DNA from: Amoebidium appalachense
Taxonomy: Eukaryota; Protista; Ichthyosporea
Assembly (NCBI GenBank): GCA_963693365.1
Contig: CAVNZM010000001.1
Span: forward strand, 13,502,418-13,566,417
Length of the DNA: 64,000 bases
Direction: 5' to 3'
The notes beneath the pieces were generated by a model. It did no database searches. It had not been told where the DNA came from and saw only the letters and a list, made by a program, of their open reading frames with translations. A program made the position numbers and the translations under genes. Shown here piece after piece: positions 46,502 through 59,873 of this stretch. Each line of letters opens with the position of its first letter. Positions within the stretch are counted from its first letter, which is position 1.

Positions 46502-47993
46502 AGCTTCTGCCAAGCAGAATGGGAGTAGGGGCCAGTGATTGCAAGGGATGCAGGGGGGGGGGGGGGGGGGGGAGAGGGACACCACCGTCGGGGTTGAAGG
46601 TAGAGAGGGCAAGAGGCCCGGGGTGGGGTGGGGGGGGGGGGGGGGGGGGACAGTAGGTGCCATATGGAGGGCTGTCCCATGGTTTGGGGGGAGGGGGAGT
46701 GGGGAAGGATCGTGGGCACATGGGTTTGGGGGGAAGGCAGAGAGGGGGAAAGGATTGTGATCACAAGGGTTTAGGGGGAGGAAGGGGGAAGGATTGTAGG
46801 TACATGGGTTTAGGGGGGAGGGGGGGGGGGGAAGATTTTGGGGGAAAGGGAGGCCTGGGGAAAGTATGTGGGCACATGGGTTTGGGGGGAAGGAGGGGGA
46901 AGGGTTTTGGGGGAGAGGGAGGGGAAAGTATGTGGGCACATGGGTTTGGGGGGAGGGAGGGGGAAAGGATTGTGTGGGCACTGAAGTCTCGTGAAGGGCC
47001 ATGTGGTAAGGGAAGCTAGAACATGCATGGCTGCTCGGAGATGCCCTCTCACACAGTGCGGCACCCCAGAGATCCGGGCGCAGGTATTTACACGGGACTG
47101 CAGCCACCAGGAGATTGAGCCCGTGATCCAGCGCATCTCTGCCACCACGGCGGCGCTCAACAGCAAGGGCCCGGCCTTCTTCTACACAGATCGGTGCTGC
47201 CAAGACCGGGCGTTTGTTGAGCGCATGTTTCCAACCCTAGCCCGGCCAAAATGCCCCGTCCGTCTGAACGAGGCTGCGCTGGTAAGCGTGACGGACGGTC
47301 TGCCTGGGCTGGAGCTGCCGGCCAACTACCCTAAGCCGGTGTACACCGACTGCCAGGGGGCGGTGGTGGCTACAGCGGCCATTCGTGCCGACCTGGAGGG
47401 GCAGCAGCACCGCGTGGTGGGGCTGGACTGCGAGTGGGTCTATCGGGTGGGCCAGGCGCGGTCCAAGGTTTGCACGCTGCAGATTGCCACCGCACGGGCC
47501 GTGTACATCTTCCACTTGGCACGCATGGGCCCCAACCACAGCCCGCCCGCGCGGCTGGTGGACGAGCTGATTGCGCTGCTTAGGGACCCCAGCATCATCA
47601 AGGTGGGCAAGCAGATCGGCACGGACTCGGCCCACCTCAACAAGGACTACGGCACCCCTGTGGCCAGCTATCTGGAGCTGGGCCGGTTCTGCTATGCCCG
47701 TGCAGCTATCACCTCTGCGGCCCGGGGCTTGGCCGACATCACTGCCCAGGTCATAGGCAAGAAGCTGCCCAAGCCGGCACTTGTTCGATGCTCCAACTGG
47801 CACGAGCCGCTATCAGAGGTGCAGGCCACCTACGCTGCCCTTGATGCATATGCGTCCCTGCAGGTCTACTCGGCCGTGGTCGATAGGCCAAACCTGTCAG
47901 GTGTGTATCCCACCTGCTTTTTGCCCCAGTGCTTATGTGCTTATGCCAGATATAGAAAGATTGTGGGCCCCCCAGAGGAGAGGGGAGGGGGGA

Positions 47994-48025
<32 letters not shown>

Positions 48026-48117
48026 TGGCTGACCACATGGGCCAGTGTTCCAGTTGTGTTATGCTGGGTGTCGGGTGGCTATCAAAGGAGGGGGTGATTG
48101 GTGGTGGTGGTGGTGGT

Positions 48118-48154
<37 letters not shown>

Positions 48155-48226
48155 CTATAGCACTGTTAACACGTGCAAGTGCCACACAAGCTGGGCACTG
48201 GGAGAGGGGGGGGGGGGGAGGGAGAA

Positions 48227-48259
<33 letters not shown>

Positions 48260-49185
48260 GCTAAGGAATATGCATTTGATTTTTGTGGAGCGAAGAGAAA
48301 AACGTTGGTGCTGTGGCTTTTTGGCTGAGTTTTTTGCTTCCCTCTATGACATGCAGCGCGGCTTCATGCAAAGGCACTCGGTGAAGGGGTTGAGATTGTG
48401 CCCCGGCGGGGCCCACATGCTGCAGCAGCCACCGGGGTGGTGCTGGCTGTGCAGCCGGAGCGCTGGGGGGGCATGAAGGTGGGCAAGAAGCATGCAGTGG
48501 TGCGGGTGGATCAGGTGCTGTCGCCGGCCATGCAGGTGCCCTTTGGCCCCGACAAGGGCAAGACCCTGGGAGAGCTGGGCCCGCCGCCCTTTGAGCTGAT
48601 GGTGCACCTGCAGTGGCTACGGCCCATTCAGCCCCCACCGGACCCAGGTGCCGAGGTGCCGGTGGTCCCTGACCCAGCCCCTCCCCCTGCCGAGCAGCAG
48701 CAACCCCTTGCCGGCCCACAGGCACCCCCCCAGGACCCCCAGGCAGCCCCGGGGGGCCTTGAGGCAGCCCCAGGGGGACCCGAGGCAGCTCCCAGAGAGG
48801 GCATGTTGGGCCAGGCACCGCCTGGGGAGGTGGTGTGGCAGACTGTGCTGAATGACGCCTTCCACTCCATTGCAAACACGGCGGACGGCACGTACAAGTC
48901 ACACCCCCGCAGGGCTGAGTACGCACGCGCACTCAGCGAGGCAATATTTGTGTGGAATGAAGAGGATTACGGACATGTGAAGGTGCCCCCCCCCCTCCCC
49001 CCCCCCCCAAAATAAAAAATAAAAAATAAAAATAAAAAAAACGGCAACAACAACATGCGTGACTGACGCGCACACACACATACACTCGTTAGCACACACT
49101 CACCATTCCACCCACAACCATGCACACCTTCGACAAAACTTCTGAGGGAAGAGAGAGAGCCTGAGCCTCAGAGAGAGGGGGGGGA

Positions 49186-49266
<81 letters not shown>

Positions 49267-50584
49267 GGAGAGTGGGGGTTATTCATATGCCTAGAGAGAA
49301 ATAATGTAGGGTTGTGGGGGGAAAGAGCCACATGCATTTTTTACTTGTGTTGGGGGAGAAGATGGGGGGGGTGGAGGGGAGGGGTCCTACAATAACGGCA
49401 GGTATCAAAGTCTACCAAACCCAAATTGCAGTGTGCGTAGTAAATTAATATTGGCATCCTGCCTCACAGGGGGTGCCAATGGCGTGATGGGCGGGCCAGA
49501 GGACTGTGAGGTCGAGGAGGGTGACGGTGCTGCCATGGGGGGGGGCAACCAGGTGGCGCGTGGTGCACCACAGCCGGACCCTGCACTGAGGGGCGACTAC
49601 AAGTTCCTGGCGCAGAAGCAACATGTGGCCATCCCCTTCCTTCCGGTGCTTACCCCTCAGGAGCGCAAGCTATTCAGCACGCTGCTCCTGGGCACCTACA
49701 AGGCACATGCAAAGCCCAACGGCCAGCTGTTCGAGGCTTTGGCCCAAGACTTCAACAAGGCTGCCTCTGTGGCTGGGGGAATCTACATGAAGGATGCGGC
49801 CTACATCAAGAAGCATTTCGACAAGTGGAAGACCTGGCAGACGGCACATGCACAGCGCTCCACACACGAGGGCCTGGCAGATCACCGCAAGCGTATGCGC
49901 GAGGAGAGGGCAGACGCTGTGCCAGCAACCATACGGCCTGCCCCCTTGCCACCCCTCCCTGTTCCAGACGGTGTCGATGCAGGGGCGCAGCGTGAGCGGC
50001 CCTTGCCCATGCTAGTGGGCAAAAAGCATCGCAACATTGGCCCTGAGGGGCCCCTGCAGATGGATTTGCCGGTGCCCCCTCCTATGCAGCCACCCCAGAG
50101 AGCCCCCAAGACCTGCAAGACGTGTGGCCGCCAGGGCAAGGGCTGCCCCGGCTCCAATCGGGCCAAGAGCTGCCCACGTTGGGTTGCAGCCAATCAGGAT
50201 GCCATGCCACCAGCACCCGCGCTTGACATGCAGCAGGGCCATGTGCCGCACATGCCCCCTGCACCCCATCCAGGCCCGCACCACCCACATGGCTGGCCCC
50301 CACCGTGGGGCATCATGCCGCCTCAGCCCGGCCCTGCCTTCCCCATGCCTGGGCTACTGCCGCAGCACGGTCCCCATCCTTACTTGGGCCATGTGGGCCA
50401 GCCCTCGGCTGGTGGGCAGTTCCCACCCCCTTCTCGTGCATCTGCTGTGCTGGGCCTGGCGTTGCCACCTGCTGGAGAGACGCAGCTGCAATGGCACGAT
50501 CGAAAGCAAAGTAATCGTGGCCGCAAGTCTGCAGGCAGCCAATCAGGATCTCAGAGTAGTCAGAGTAGCCAAACTAGTGTCTAA
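43797..50584 (+). mobile_element. Spliced DUF6729-like putative DDE transposase gene with an inserted DEDDy 3'-5' exonuclease; exons 43797-44946, 45913-46101, 47070-47900, 48357-48982, 49470-50584 (probably missing a segment)
   Basis: GGAREGAGRK basic motif; FAWLP...VPCP...RRVIDFDSCYYIITARYFC...QFPAYLSHRSGLD...LSELH; LKADHTFQ, VNELGEIR, FYTD, VLNDAFH; exonuclease VGLDCEW...TLQIA...IIKVG...RCSNW...YAALDAY; C-terminal YKFLAQKQ...LPVLTPQERKLF and CxxC...C...C. Family assignment is from recalled motifs; termini not located. Confidence 0.72.
46640..46985 (+). repeat. Intronic tandem repeat, ~50-60-bp unit containing tgtgggcacatgggtttggggg
   Basis: About six imperfect copies. Confidence 0.8.
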
Positions 50585-51028
50585 TATTGGAATGTACACC
50601 AATGTAACGGATCTCATATGTGTTGTAGTGCTTCAAGTTATACCTGTTCTTCGTACAGTCATGTTAGGGGGGGAGGGGGGGGGGGGGGGGGGGGGGGGGG
50701 GCTAGCTTTCATTCCGAAGTTTACTGTAAAGAATTAAAATTTAGAATCTGAGTAATAGTACAGAGCCTTTGCACTTTTCTCTGTTTGTTAGGAATTCTTT
50801 GTGATCGAGAGTATGGTGTGTTAGACTATTGGTGTTAATGTGTCCTGGAAGGTGTATAATGTCTGCTGGCCGTAGTCAGTATCTATTTTTAGGTATATAG
50901 TATATTTTTAAATGTTGGCCGCTGGCCAATAAATAGCAAATAATAAACACACGATAAAGTCAACAGCGTGCCAAAAAACTAATCCCCAGCGAGCGCACCC
51001 AGTGATGTGTGTGTGTGTGTGTGTGTCG

Positions 51029-51147
<119 letters not shown>

Positions 51148-52426
51148 CGTGCGTGTGTGCGTGTGTGCGTGTGTGCGTGTGTGCGTGTGTGTGTGTGAGT
51201 GTGTGTGTGTGTGTGTGTATGTGTGGTGTGGTGTGTGCGCGGCTTGTACATATGTACGTGTTCATGTGCACCTGTGTCGGACCTACGAAGTACATGAAAG
51301 TAAATTTTGACAGCATCGATCTGCCGGTGTGTATGTGTATGTGTGCCAGTGCAGCAGGTGTGCCTTGTAACTGATAGCTTCGCATTTTACGTGTGTGTAT
51401 ATATAGTAGTACGCATAGACACTTGCTGATCATTCGGATCGACATTAATATTTAATCTGTCGGTCCTCGGTTTTTTGAGTGAATGATGATCAAGTGTAAG
51501 AGCATTCACTTGGCAAGTATTAATGTTGCAGAGGCTAGCTGCAGCTGCAAGCGTCGGATGCACACTGACAATTGTCTTTTCAGCGAGTCTAACCTGCAGG
51601 CAGCAGCTGCACACATATAGGGTTGTTATCTTGCGGCACATGCACGGTGATCATTTCAGAGTAATAGAGTTCAGAGCAATGAAAATAATGAAAATAACTA
51701 AACTTTGTGACTACTTTAAAGTTGCTGAGATCATACGTGGTGCAAGCTGCACTATGAACACATGTATAGTGCTAGTAATTAATACATTTTTGTTGCCTTC
51801 TGCAGGGTTATCGTAGCTACGTCACGGCCTGCACTCAGGGGGGGGAGGGGGGGGGGGGGAGAGGGGGGATGATTCGAAGGGGGTATAAATAAGAACATGC
51901 AGCTAAAGGTCTTTCCCGTGGATCCTCCCCCCTCCCCCCCCCCACCTCTCCCTCCCCCGGGGCCCCATACTATGATATCTAGGCCCAATATTATATGCCC
52001 CTTCCCCCCCCCCCCCCCCCCCCCTCCCCTCTCCGGATCCCCGGACCCCACTTCCCTACCCGGAGGCTCAAGAGCTCCCCCCTTCCCCTTCCCCCCCTCC
52101 CCCCCCCCCCCCCCAAGGCTTACGGGGGCCCTTCTTCATCGAGGGGGAGGGGGTGGGGGTGGGGGGTGGGGGGTGGGGGTGGGGGGGAGGGGGAAGTGGA
52201 AGGCGGGGGTGGATGCATGTCAGCCTAGGTGAATTCAATTGTTTAACTCCAGTGTGCAGGACTGGTCTGAAGGCTTAAGAAAACAACGAGGAAATGGGGT
52301 CCAGTGGAGGTGGTGGTGGTGTTCTGTGTGTGTGTGTACACGTGCACGTATGTGTGTGGTTTTTCTAAGGGGTGAGTGGTGGTGGTGGTGGTGGTGGTGG
52401 TCACCGTGGTGGTGGTGTGTGTGTCT

Positions 52427-52495
<69 letters not shown>

Positions 52496-53574
52496 TAGAA
52501 AGAAAAACTGCTCGTGGGTCACTGTTTTTCGTCACTGTATTTGTAACGGGCCGCTCATATTTATATAACTACTTTAATTTAAGTACACGTGTTCATTATC
52601 ATATACGATGGCCAAATATAGAAATTTTGGCGTCGAAGTTCTTGGAGCTAAAAAAACGTTTAAAAGGGGGAAATAATAGCTTGGCCCCAAATTTACCTTG
52701 CCGTTTTTAGCGAATGTATTTTTTATTCATGAGTTCTAGTGATTCAGTGAGTGCACGTGCCTGCCTCAGGCTGATCATGACAACTGCAACACACCATTCC
52801 TACATGGATATCAACCAAAAGAAAATAGTATATACTGTGGTGGTCTCCTAAACCTTGTGCGGCATGCGCATACATGATATTACAGTGACGCATGTGCATA
52901 TTATTGTTCTGTACACCGGAGTGTGCCGGTGCACGTGGCTGTTTTGTGCACATGTTACAATAGCAGCACGATCTCCCTAAACTCCATGTTTACACATCCC
53001 TCACCCTGGCTCTGCCTTGTCGGTGCTCCAAAACACACATACAAATCCCCCTAGACTCAGTGCCTGCACATGGTCGCATTCACGTGCAGGTCACGTGACA
53101 CATGCGATGCCATACTGCCGTCTACAGCAACAACCACGGCAGCATGTATACCGGCCCAGCACGAAATATACTTATCGGCAGCCCACTGAACTCGCCCATT
53201 TTCTCTTTTTCATGTATGTCCCTCCTTTTTTGTAAAATCACCCTTTTTGGCCTCCCGGTAGTGGATTTTGCAGGATTTGACTTCTTTGAGGTCCAAAAAC
53301 CTCAAATTTTCCCCGGCGGGGCCGGGGAGGGAGAATTCAAAAATTGCCCGCTCCTGATATGGTACCCGGGCCCCAGCCACACTCGACGGCCTACTGCGTT
53401 TTCCAGCGCAGCCAATCAAATGCAGCCAGTGACATATGTACATCTGAGAGTGAGGGGGGCAGATTGAAAATATAGCCTCAGGCAGGCTATTGTTATCTCG
53501 ATAGAACGGAGGGGAAGGTGAGCGTGAGGGTTACACCCTCGTTTCCCAAGCCCCCCCCCCCCCCCCCCCCTCCC

Positions 53575-53641
<67 letters not shown>

Positions 53642-53696
53642 AGGGGGGGGGGGGGGGGCCGCCCCCGCAACCAAAAATTTCGAGGGGGGGGGGGGG

Positions 53697-53837
53697 TTTG
53701 AATGCGGAACACGGTACGAGGGGGGGGGGGATTTTTTTTTGTGTGTGTGTGTGTGTGGGGGGGGGGGGGAACGAAAATTTCGAGGGGGGGGGGAAACGAT
53801 TGGGGTGGGGGGGGTTTGAATGCGGAACACGGTACGA
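53697..53837 (-). repeat. Two ~23-bp terminal stubs of the structured-repeat family inside a local tandem duplication
   Basis: tttgaatgcggaacacggtacga at 53697 and 53815, each between G-runs and each preceded by aaaatttcgagggg. Confidence 0.85.
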
Positions 53838-53869
53838 GGGGGGGGGGGGGGGGGGGGGGGGGGGTTTTT

Positions 53870-53905
<36 letters not shown>

Positions 53906-55269
53906 ATCCGAGTCTGCAGTGCACGTGTGCTTGTGCCATTAGTGTCATTATTAATTAAACAGGTGCAGCATGTGAAAGTGACCTGCAATCACTTCTACAC
54001 ATTATTATTATGGTATTTTGACTACGCGTAATGATTTCATAGGCGAATGTCGCATGCATGGATGTAGTGTGTGCTTGACGTGTATGTGGTTGCGTGTGTG
54101 CATGTTCGTGTGTGTGTGCCGTGTGCGTGTGCATTGAATGTGACATAGCATACTCTACATACACCGTGACATTACAGTTAAACTGTAAGTAACATTACAA
54201 TCATAAACTACCACTATGACATGCTGAACATTACTGGAAGTTAAATGCTACAACTAACACCTAACAAACTGATTCATAAGTATTAACTTGGCATCATGAT
54301 GCCAAATCCCATACTAATCCAACCTACTAGACATGCTCTACGTTTGCCACCTGACCCCAAAGCAGCTGGCAGCCACAATAACAATTAGAAAAATAAAAAA
54401 CTACGTGGAGGGATTGGCTCACTCCCACCATCCGTGACACTAAAACTGAGCAGGCGGATGCCAAAAGCGGTGACCAGAGCATACAACATGGCCTTGCACC
54501 TACATCATTGCATGTAAGTATGACACAAATGGGGAGGGATCGCTAAAGTCAGTTGACAGACGCTACATTGTGCACTGGCTATCGTGCTCGGGTATGTGTG
54601 ATAATAACTGGGGTGGAACGCTTGCGGATGAGGTGCTGGCTAGGGGGAATCACCCCAGACTGTTGGGTGCTTTGGAATTCATCCGCCGAATCCGCAGAAG
54701 CAAAATGGGCGCGCCGAGGACAGCGGAAATCATCAGTTACGTCTGCGAGGGTCACCCTTGAAAGGAATCCTTGGTATTCTGCTAGATTTCGCCGCCATTC
54801 GTTTACCATTAGTTCGCGTAGCCGTCCAATCGCGTCTATAGGCTCCATATTAGCTGTAAACCCCAATGTGTTGAGATGTTCACGGGTAGCTACATGACCG
54901 CTTTGTAGACACTGATTGACATAATGCCACACCGAATGAAACAAACAGTTGCCGTCAGCCGGTGTTTCCATCAGCTCCATTCTCCAGGCACCAGAATTTG
55001 AAGAAGGCGTTGTTGCTGGACCTCAGGTGGCCCGGATATGTCCCTGTGTTGCACATCACAAGGAAGAATAATCAAAGACAAGAAGTGGAAGGGTGGTAGG
55101 GCGGTGGTGGTGGGGTGGGGTGGGGTGGGGGGGGGGGGGGGGGGGGGGGGAGGGGCGGGAGGCAGAGAGAGGCGGAGGAGAGAGAGAAAGACAGATTAGG
55201 GGGAGGCGGAAAGGCCGAGGAGCAGAACAAGGGAAACCTTGGCGTGTGTGTGTGGGTGGGTGGGTGGGT

Positions 55270-55302
<33 letters not shown>

Positions 55303-55430
55303 TTAGATTATTAACAGCTATATGGGTGGATAGACGTGTGCGCGCGCGTCTGTGTGTGTGCGTGCGCTCGTGGCTGTGAGCGCAGGTGCGTGCAACAAAG
55401 ATGTGTGTGTGTGTGTGTGTGCGTGGGGAG

Positions 55431-55461
<31 letters not shown>

Positions 55462-55465
<4 letters not shown>

Positions 55466-56110
55466 ATGGGTCAAAAAGTACGAAGTACACAAGAACAAAC
55501 GGATAACACGATGCAGAATGCAAGCCATACATAAAGAGTATGCATAATAAGCAGAGCCCATCCTCAGGGGGGGCCCACGTCATCCACAGTACCCGAGTTT
55601 CGACCTATTCACCTCGTTAACGGAACCCAACTCAGATACTGTTTCACTTGAACATGGGTAGGTCACCCGTCTTGATCAGAGACGAGCAGGGTTGCTTATG
55701 CAGGCAAGGGCAGTGGGAAAGGCCGGGGGTTAAAGTTGCAGCAGTAAGCAGAAGCAAGAAAAATATAGATAGGAACTCAGGAAACGGGGCTTCTAGGAAG
55801 CTCCCCCGTCGCTACCTAAGTCGATACTTCCCTGGCTAACATACTACACCAGCTGAAAAGAATTAAGTCCCGAAGGCCGCAGAATTCGCAATCAGAGGGG
55901 AAAATATGAGATTTGACCCACGCCGCAGGGTAGTAACACGCTTACTGAAGCGGAACTTTAACGTCTTCGAACGGAAAGCTATGCCCCCGGATGTCAGCCG
56001 GAAATATGCTATCACCCATTGCTTTGAGCTTGAAAAAAGCCAAATCGATAGTCCGAGTTAAGTTATGCCGGTGGGTAACATGCCGCATGGGTTCCAAGGG
56101 AGCTGTCGCC
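55462..56110 (-). mobile_element. Decayed YR-like ORF end, pyrimidine-rich spacer, complete structured core V2 (55547-55699), tail and poly-C
   Basis: APL...DIRGHSFP...LQ*...VKSH...SDC resembles the DIRS/Ngaro tyrosine recombinase C-terminus; the repeat part matches 19001-19190. Confidence 0.6.
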
Positions 56111-56801
56111 AACAGAGTGGTGTGTGCATGCGTGTGTGCACGTAACGCAATGTGTGAAGTGTGTCTATAGCTATGAGAGGGGGTATGCAGAAGTGGACAG
56201 GTGAAGTGTGTGAAGAGAAAAAAAGTAGGAAGAAAAGTAGACACCGGTGTGTGCAACCCCGCACAACACACACACACACACACACACACCCATAAATAAG
56301 CGAAGATTACAGGGGGGGGGGAGGGGGGGGGGGAAGGAGCATTAGACTATTAACAATTCTATAAGTGAATAAGAGTGTGTGGGCGCGCTCGTGGATGCGA
56401 GGGAGGGTGCACGCGTGCATGCATGGGTGTGTTCGCGTGTGCATGTGTGTGAAAGAGGAGGGGGTGTAGGGGGGGGGGAGGTGGGGGGGAGGGGAGGTGG
56501 GGGGGGTGGGGGGGGTGGGGGGGGGGGGGGGGGGGGGGGAGGGGGGCACTCTGAAGGGGGCCAGGCAGATGTAAGGGAGTACTGATGAAGGAGGGGCTAT
56601 GAACAGGGGGGGGATAGATGCAGATGCTTTCAAATAGGTGGAAGAGAAGCAGGGAGCTTCCAAAAAGGTAGGATGGAAGATATAGGTATAGAGAGAAATG
56701 AGAATTAGGGGAGGTAAGAGGTAACGGAGGACTTGAAAAGGAGGGACGAATGGGCAGAGGCCCTTCTGAGGGGGGGGGAGGGGGGGGGGGGGGGGAGGGG
56801 C

Positions 56802-56872
56802 TTGAATGCGGAACACGGTACGAAGTACGCAAACACCAAGGACACATGCAAAGGCAAACATTCAAGTATGCA
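56802..56872 (-). repeat. Structured-repeat family V1 tail with an internal deletion
   Basis: ttgaatgcggaacacggtacgaagtacgca...ggacacatgcaaaggcaaacattcaagtatgca between G-runs. Confidence 0.88.
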
Positions 56873-58154
56873 GGGGGGGGGACAGGACAGGCATAATAAG
56901 TGGGCCTGGGGAGGCAGGTTGTCTGACAAAAAACTGGTGTCACTTGGGTTGGAAGGAGAGATGGATTGATACGTGCAAGGAAGTAAGGAGGTGGAGCAGT
57001 TGGGAGGAAGGATTGTGGGAAGGAGGAGAGGGGGAGGGGGGTGCAGAAAAGGGCGGGGCGAGGGGGGGGGGGGGGGGGGGGGAGGATGGGGGAAAGGGGG
57101 AGGAGGCCCTGCGGGGAAAGGGGGGGAGAGGCGAGAGGGAGGAGCGGGGGGGCATTGGAGGGGAAGGCGGAGGGGGGGGGGGGGGGGGGGGGGTTTCGGC
57201 AGGCAGCACCTGGCTGTATGTCTGCTGCCACGGCCTCGTCAAAGAACACAATAGTGAAGAGCAGATGATCCGGGTCCTGCGCTGCTAAAGCAAACCCCTC
57301 GGAGCTGTGCACAGACCCAATCAGCTTGCGCATCGCACGCCGGGCATTGAGCTTGCGGCCTGCTAGGCGCACACATGTTGACACGTTGAATGGACCGGGG
57401 CTCTCATCACTTGACCCCTCATCGTCATCGTCAGAGCCATCACTGTCGAAAGGCCCAACCTCCATACCACACTCAGCCAAGGAACGGTTGCCATTATTGC
57501 CATAAGCTGCAGAGTGAAGACAAAGACAGGGTGAGATAATAGCTGGTCAATGGTTGCCAGTTCTAAAAAGAACCCATTCCCAACCAGAATCCCCCATCCA
57601 ACCCCCTCCCTCCACCCCCCCCCCCCCCCCCCCCAAAAAAAACACACACACATACACACACAGACCGCCCACACCCTCCCCACCCCCCCTCTTGCTCTCG
57701 GCCCCCCCCTGCCCTAATTCTCCCCTTCCCCCTTCTCCCTCTCCGTCCCACCCTCCCACCCTTCCCCTTGACCGACTGCCCTCCTCTCTTTGCCCCTCTC
57801 TTTCTGTCTTTCCCGCCATCCCTCCCTCTACCCTTTCTCCCCCTCCCTCCTTCCCTCCAACCCTCCCACCCACTCATCCTTCCCTCCCTTTCTCCCTACC
57901 CTGACCTCTCCCCCTTCTCCCCCTCCCCTGTCTCTAACGTACACACACAGGCACACACATACACGCTTCCCCCCCCCCCCCCCCTCCCCCCTCTCTTTCA
58001 AAGTTTCCCCTTCTCCCCTCCCTCATCCTTCTCTGTAACCCCTTCTCTGTACCCACCCACCCACCCACATCACACAAACACACACAAACGCACACACACA
58101 CACAGGCACACACACCCGCACACACCCACACCCACCCACACACACACACACACT

Positions 58155-58187
<33 letters not shown>

Positions 58188-58223
58188 ACACACACCGTCC
58201 ACACACACACACATACATACGGT

Positions 58224-58271
<48 letters not shown>

Positions 58272-59304
58272 CAACACACACACACACTCACGACACACAC
58301 ACACAGGCACACACACACACACAGACAGGCACACACCCACAGGCACACACCGTGACACACAGAAACTCTCTACCCACTATCCTGTACTGCCTCTTGACTG
58401 ATTGTATGCTTAAAGGGGAAGGGGGGGAAGGGGGAAAAGCGGAGGAGTGGGCTTTAAGTGGGTACACTGCACAGAATGGTCACACAAAACATATGGAACA
58501 CGTTGCCACACACACCCTATCGGGTGATAGCAACATATAAGAGGCAAGCCAAAGCAGAAAAGGCAGCATAAAGCGAGGACGCAACACAAATAGAGTCCAT
58601 TTGTGGGGGGGGCGGGCGGGGGGGGAGGGGGGAGGGGGGAGCACATGATGGACTCCCTCCGCTGTAGATGCATCTATCCGGCCGCCATGACGGGTTTGAT
58701 GCCACACCCAATCCCTCAGGAAGGGCTGGGGAGGGCACGTGCCAGCCTCGACAGAGTCCTCATCATCCGCTATGCAATCAATGTACCGTGCAACGAATGG
58801 CTGTTGCAGCTTGGCATGATCTTTAGACCAAGATTTGTTTTCCTTAATGACTTTTTTATTCACCCCATCTGGGTTGTTTGTTGAACCCGCTGCAGCCAAA
58901 AGACAAAAGGCGAGGATAACATGAACGAGAATCCTCAGCAAAGCCCAATGGCCTGCCCACGTCCAATGCGGACGCGAGCATGTTTGTAACCCATGCTCAC
59001 ACAAAATATGTACTGTCAGTTATGATCAAGCATTACAGGGTGTTGTCTGTTTTTATATGAGCCTACTGCAATATGATAAGGATGCTAGCGCTGTGTCACA
59101 CCTGTCAACTGCCAGTCCAGGCTGTGACTGCCCGTTCAAGTAGACCACCTGCAACGGTGGTCAACGTGGTCTTGCTTAGCCCGCCTTTCGAGTTTATTCC
59201 TCGAATCAGACGCCACCAACGATGAGCCACAAGAAAACGGGTCAGAAACGATTCGAGCTGATTCGACCCATAATAGTTCGAACCGACCTATTTATGCCCC
59301 AAAG

Positions 59305-59505
59305 AAATTTGGCACCAAATAATTTGGCACGAACCTGGTGACGTAAAATGTGGCACGAATTTATTTGGCACCAGCCCGCTAGCGGAGCACATCCAGGGGT
59401 ATCCCATCCCCAAGCCCCTGTCGGTGCCTGGGCGACATCCTGCCCCATTTTCACCGTTTTGCAGGCTCGTGCCAAATAAATTTCGTGCCAAATATTACGT
59501 CACAC
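59305..59505. mobile_element. Small inverted-repeat element or transposon end with reiterated TTGGCAC motifs
   Basis: gtgacgtaaaatgtggcacgaatttatttggcac (59338-59371) is inverted relative to gtgccaaataaatttcgtgccaaatattacgtcac (59469-59503); extra motif copies at 59305-59332. Confidence 0.6.
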
Positions 59506-59873
59506 CCTAGGAGCTTGGGAATTGAGGGTAGCACCCCAGCGTGAGGGCGTGTCGATACAGGATGTTGGAATGTGCATGAGAATTTTGTAGTGTGAACCAT
59601 TTCGGGATCTGTAGGTTCCGATTGGCTGACTTTTGATTTGGTAGTTCTGATTGCCTACGTGTCATAGCTGTGGTTTAGATACAAGAATTCCTCCCTCCAG
59701 CATATAAACTCCATTTTGGAGCCATCTGGGTCAGTTTGTGAGCTGAATAGGCGTGGTAATAGCGAAGACTCAGGCTGTACTAGGAAACGTGGATTGGGTT
59801 TTTAGGTGTGTCGTTTTTGCTTTGGCGACACATAGCCCTTTGCCAGTTGTCTTAGACGGTTCCCTTTCGTAAT

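Larger units (their letters stand above)
54280..59000 (-). pseudogene. Degenerate multi-exon gene with an OTU-like cysteine protease domain
   Basis: ETPADGNCLFHSV (OTU Cys box) at ~54930-54970, LYALVTAFGIRLLSF at ~54440-54490 and a possible His box WHHDA near 54295; frameshift just upstream of the Cys box. Coding-like blocks at 57200-57507 and 58640-58890 may belong to the same gene (unproven). Confidence 0.5.

Noticed and set aside
46640-46985. CRISPR-like repeat-spacer array
   Set aside because: The intervening segments are themselves related G/A-rich sequence, the context is a eukaryotic intron, and there are no cas genes.
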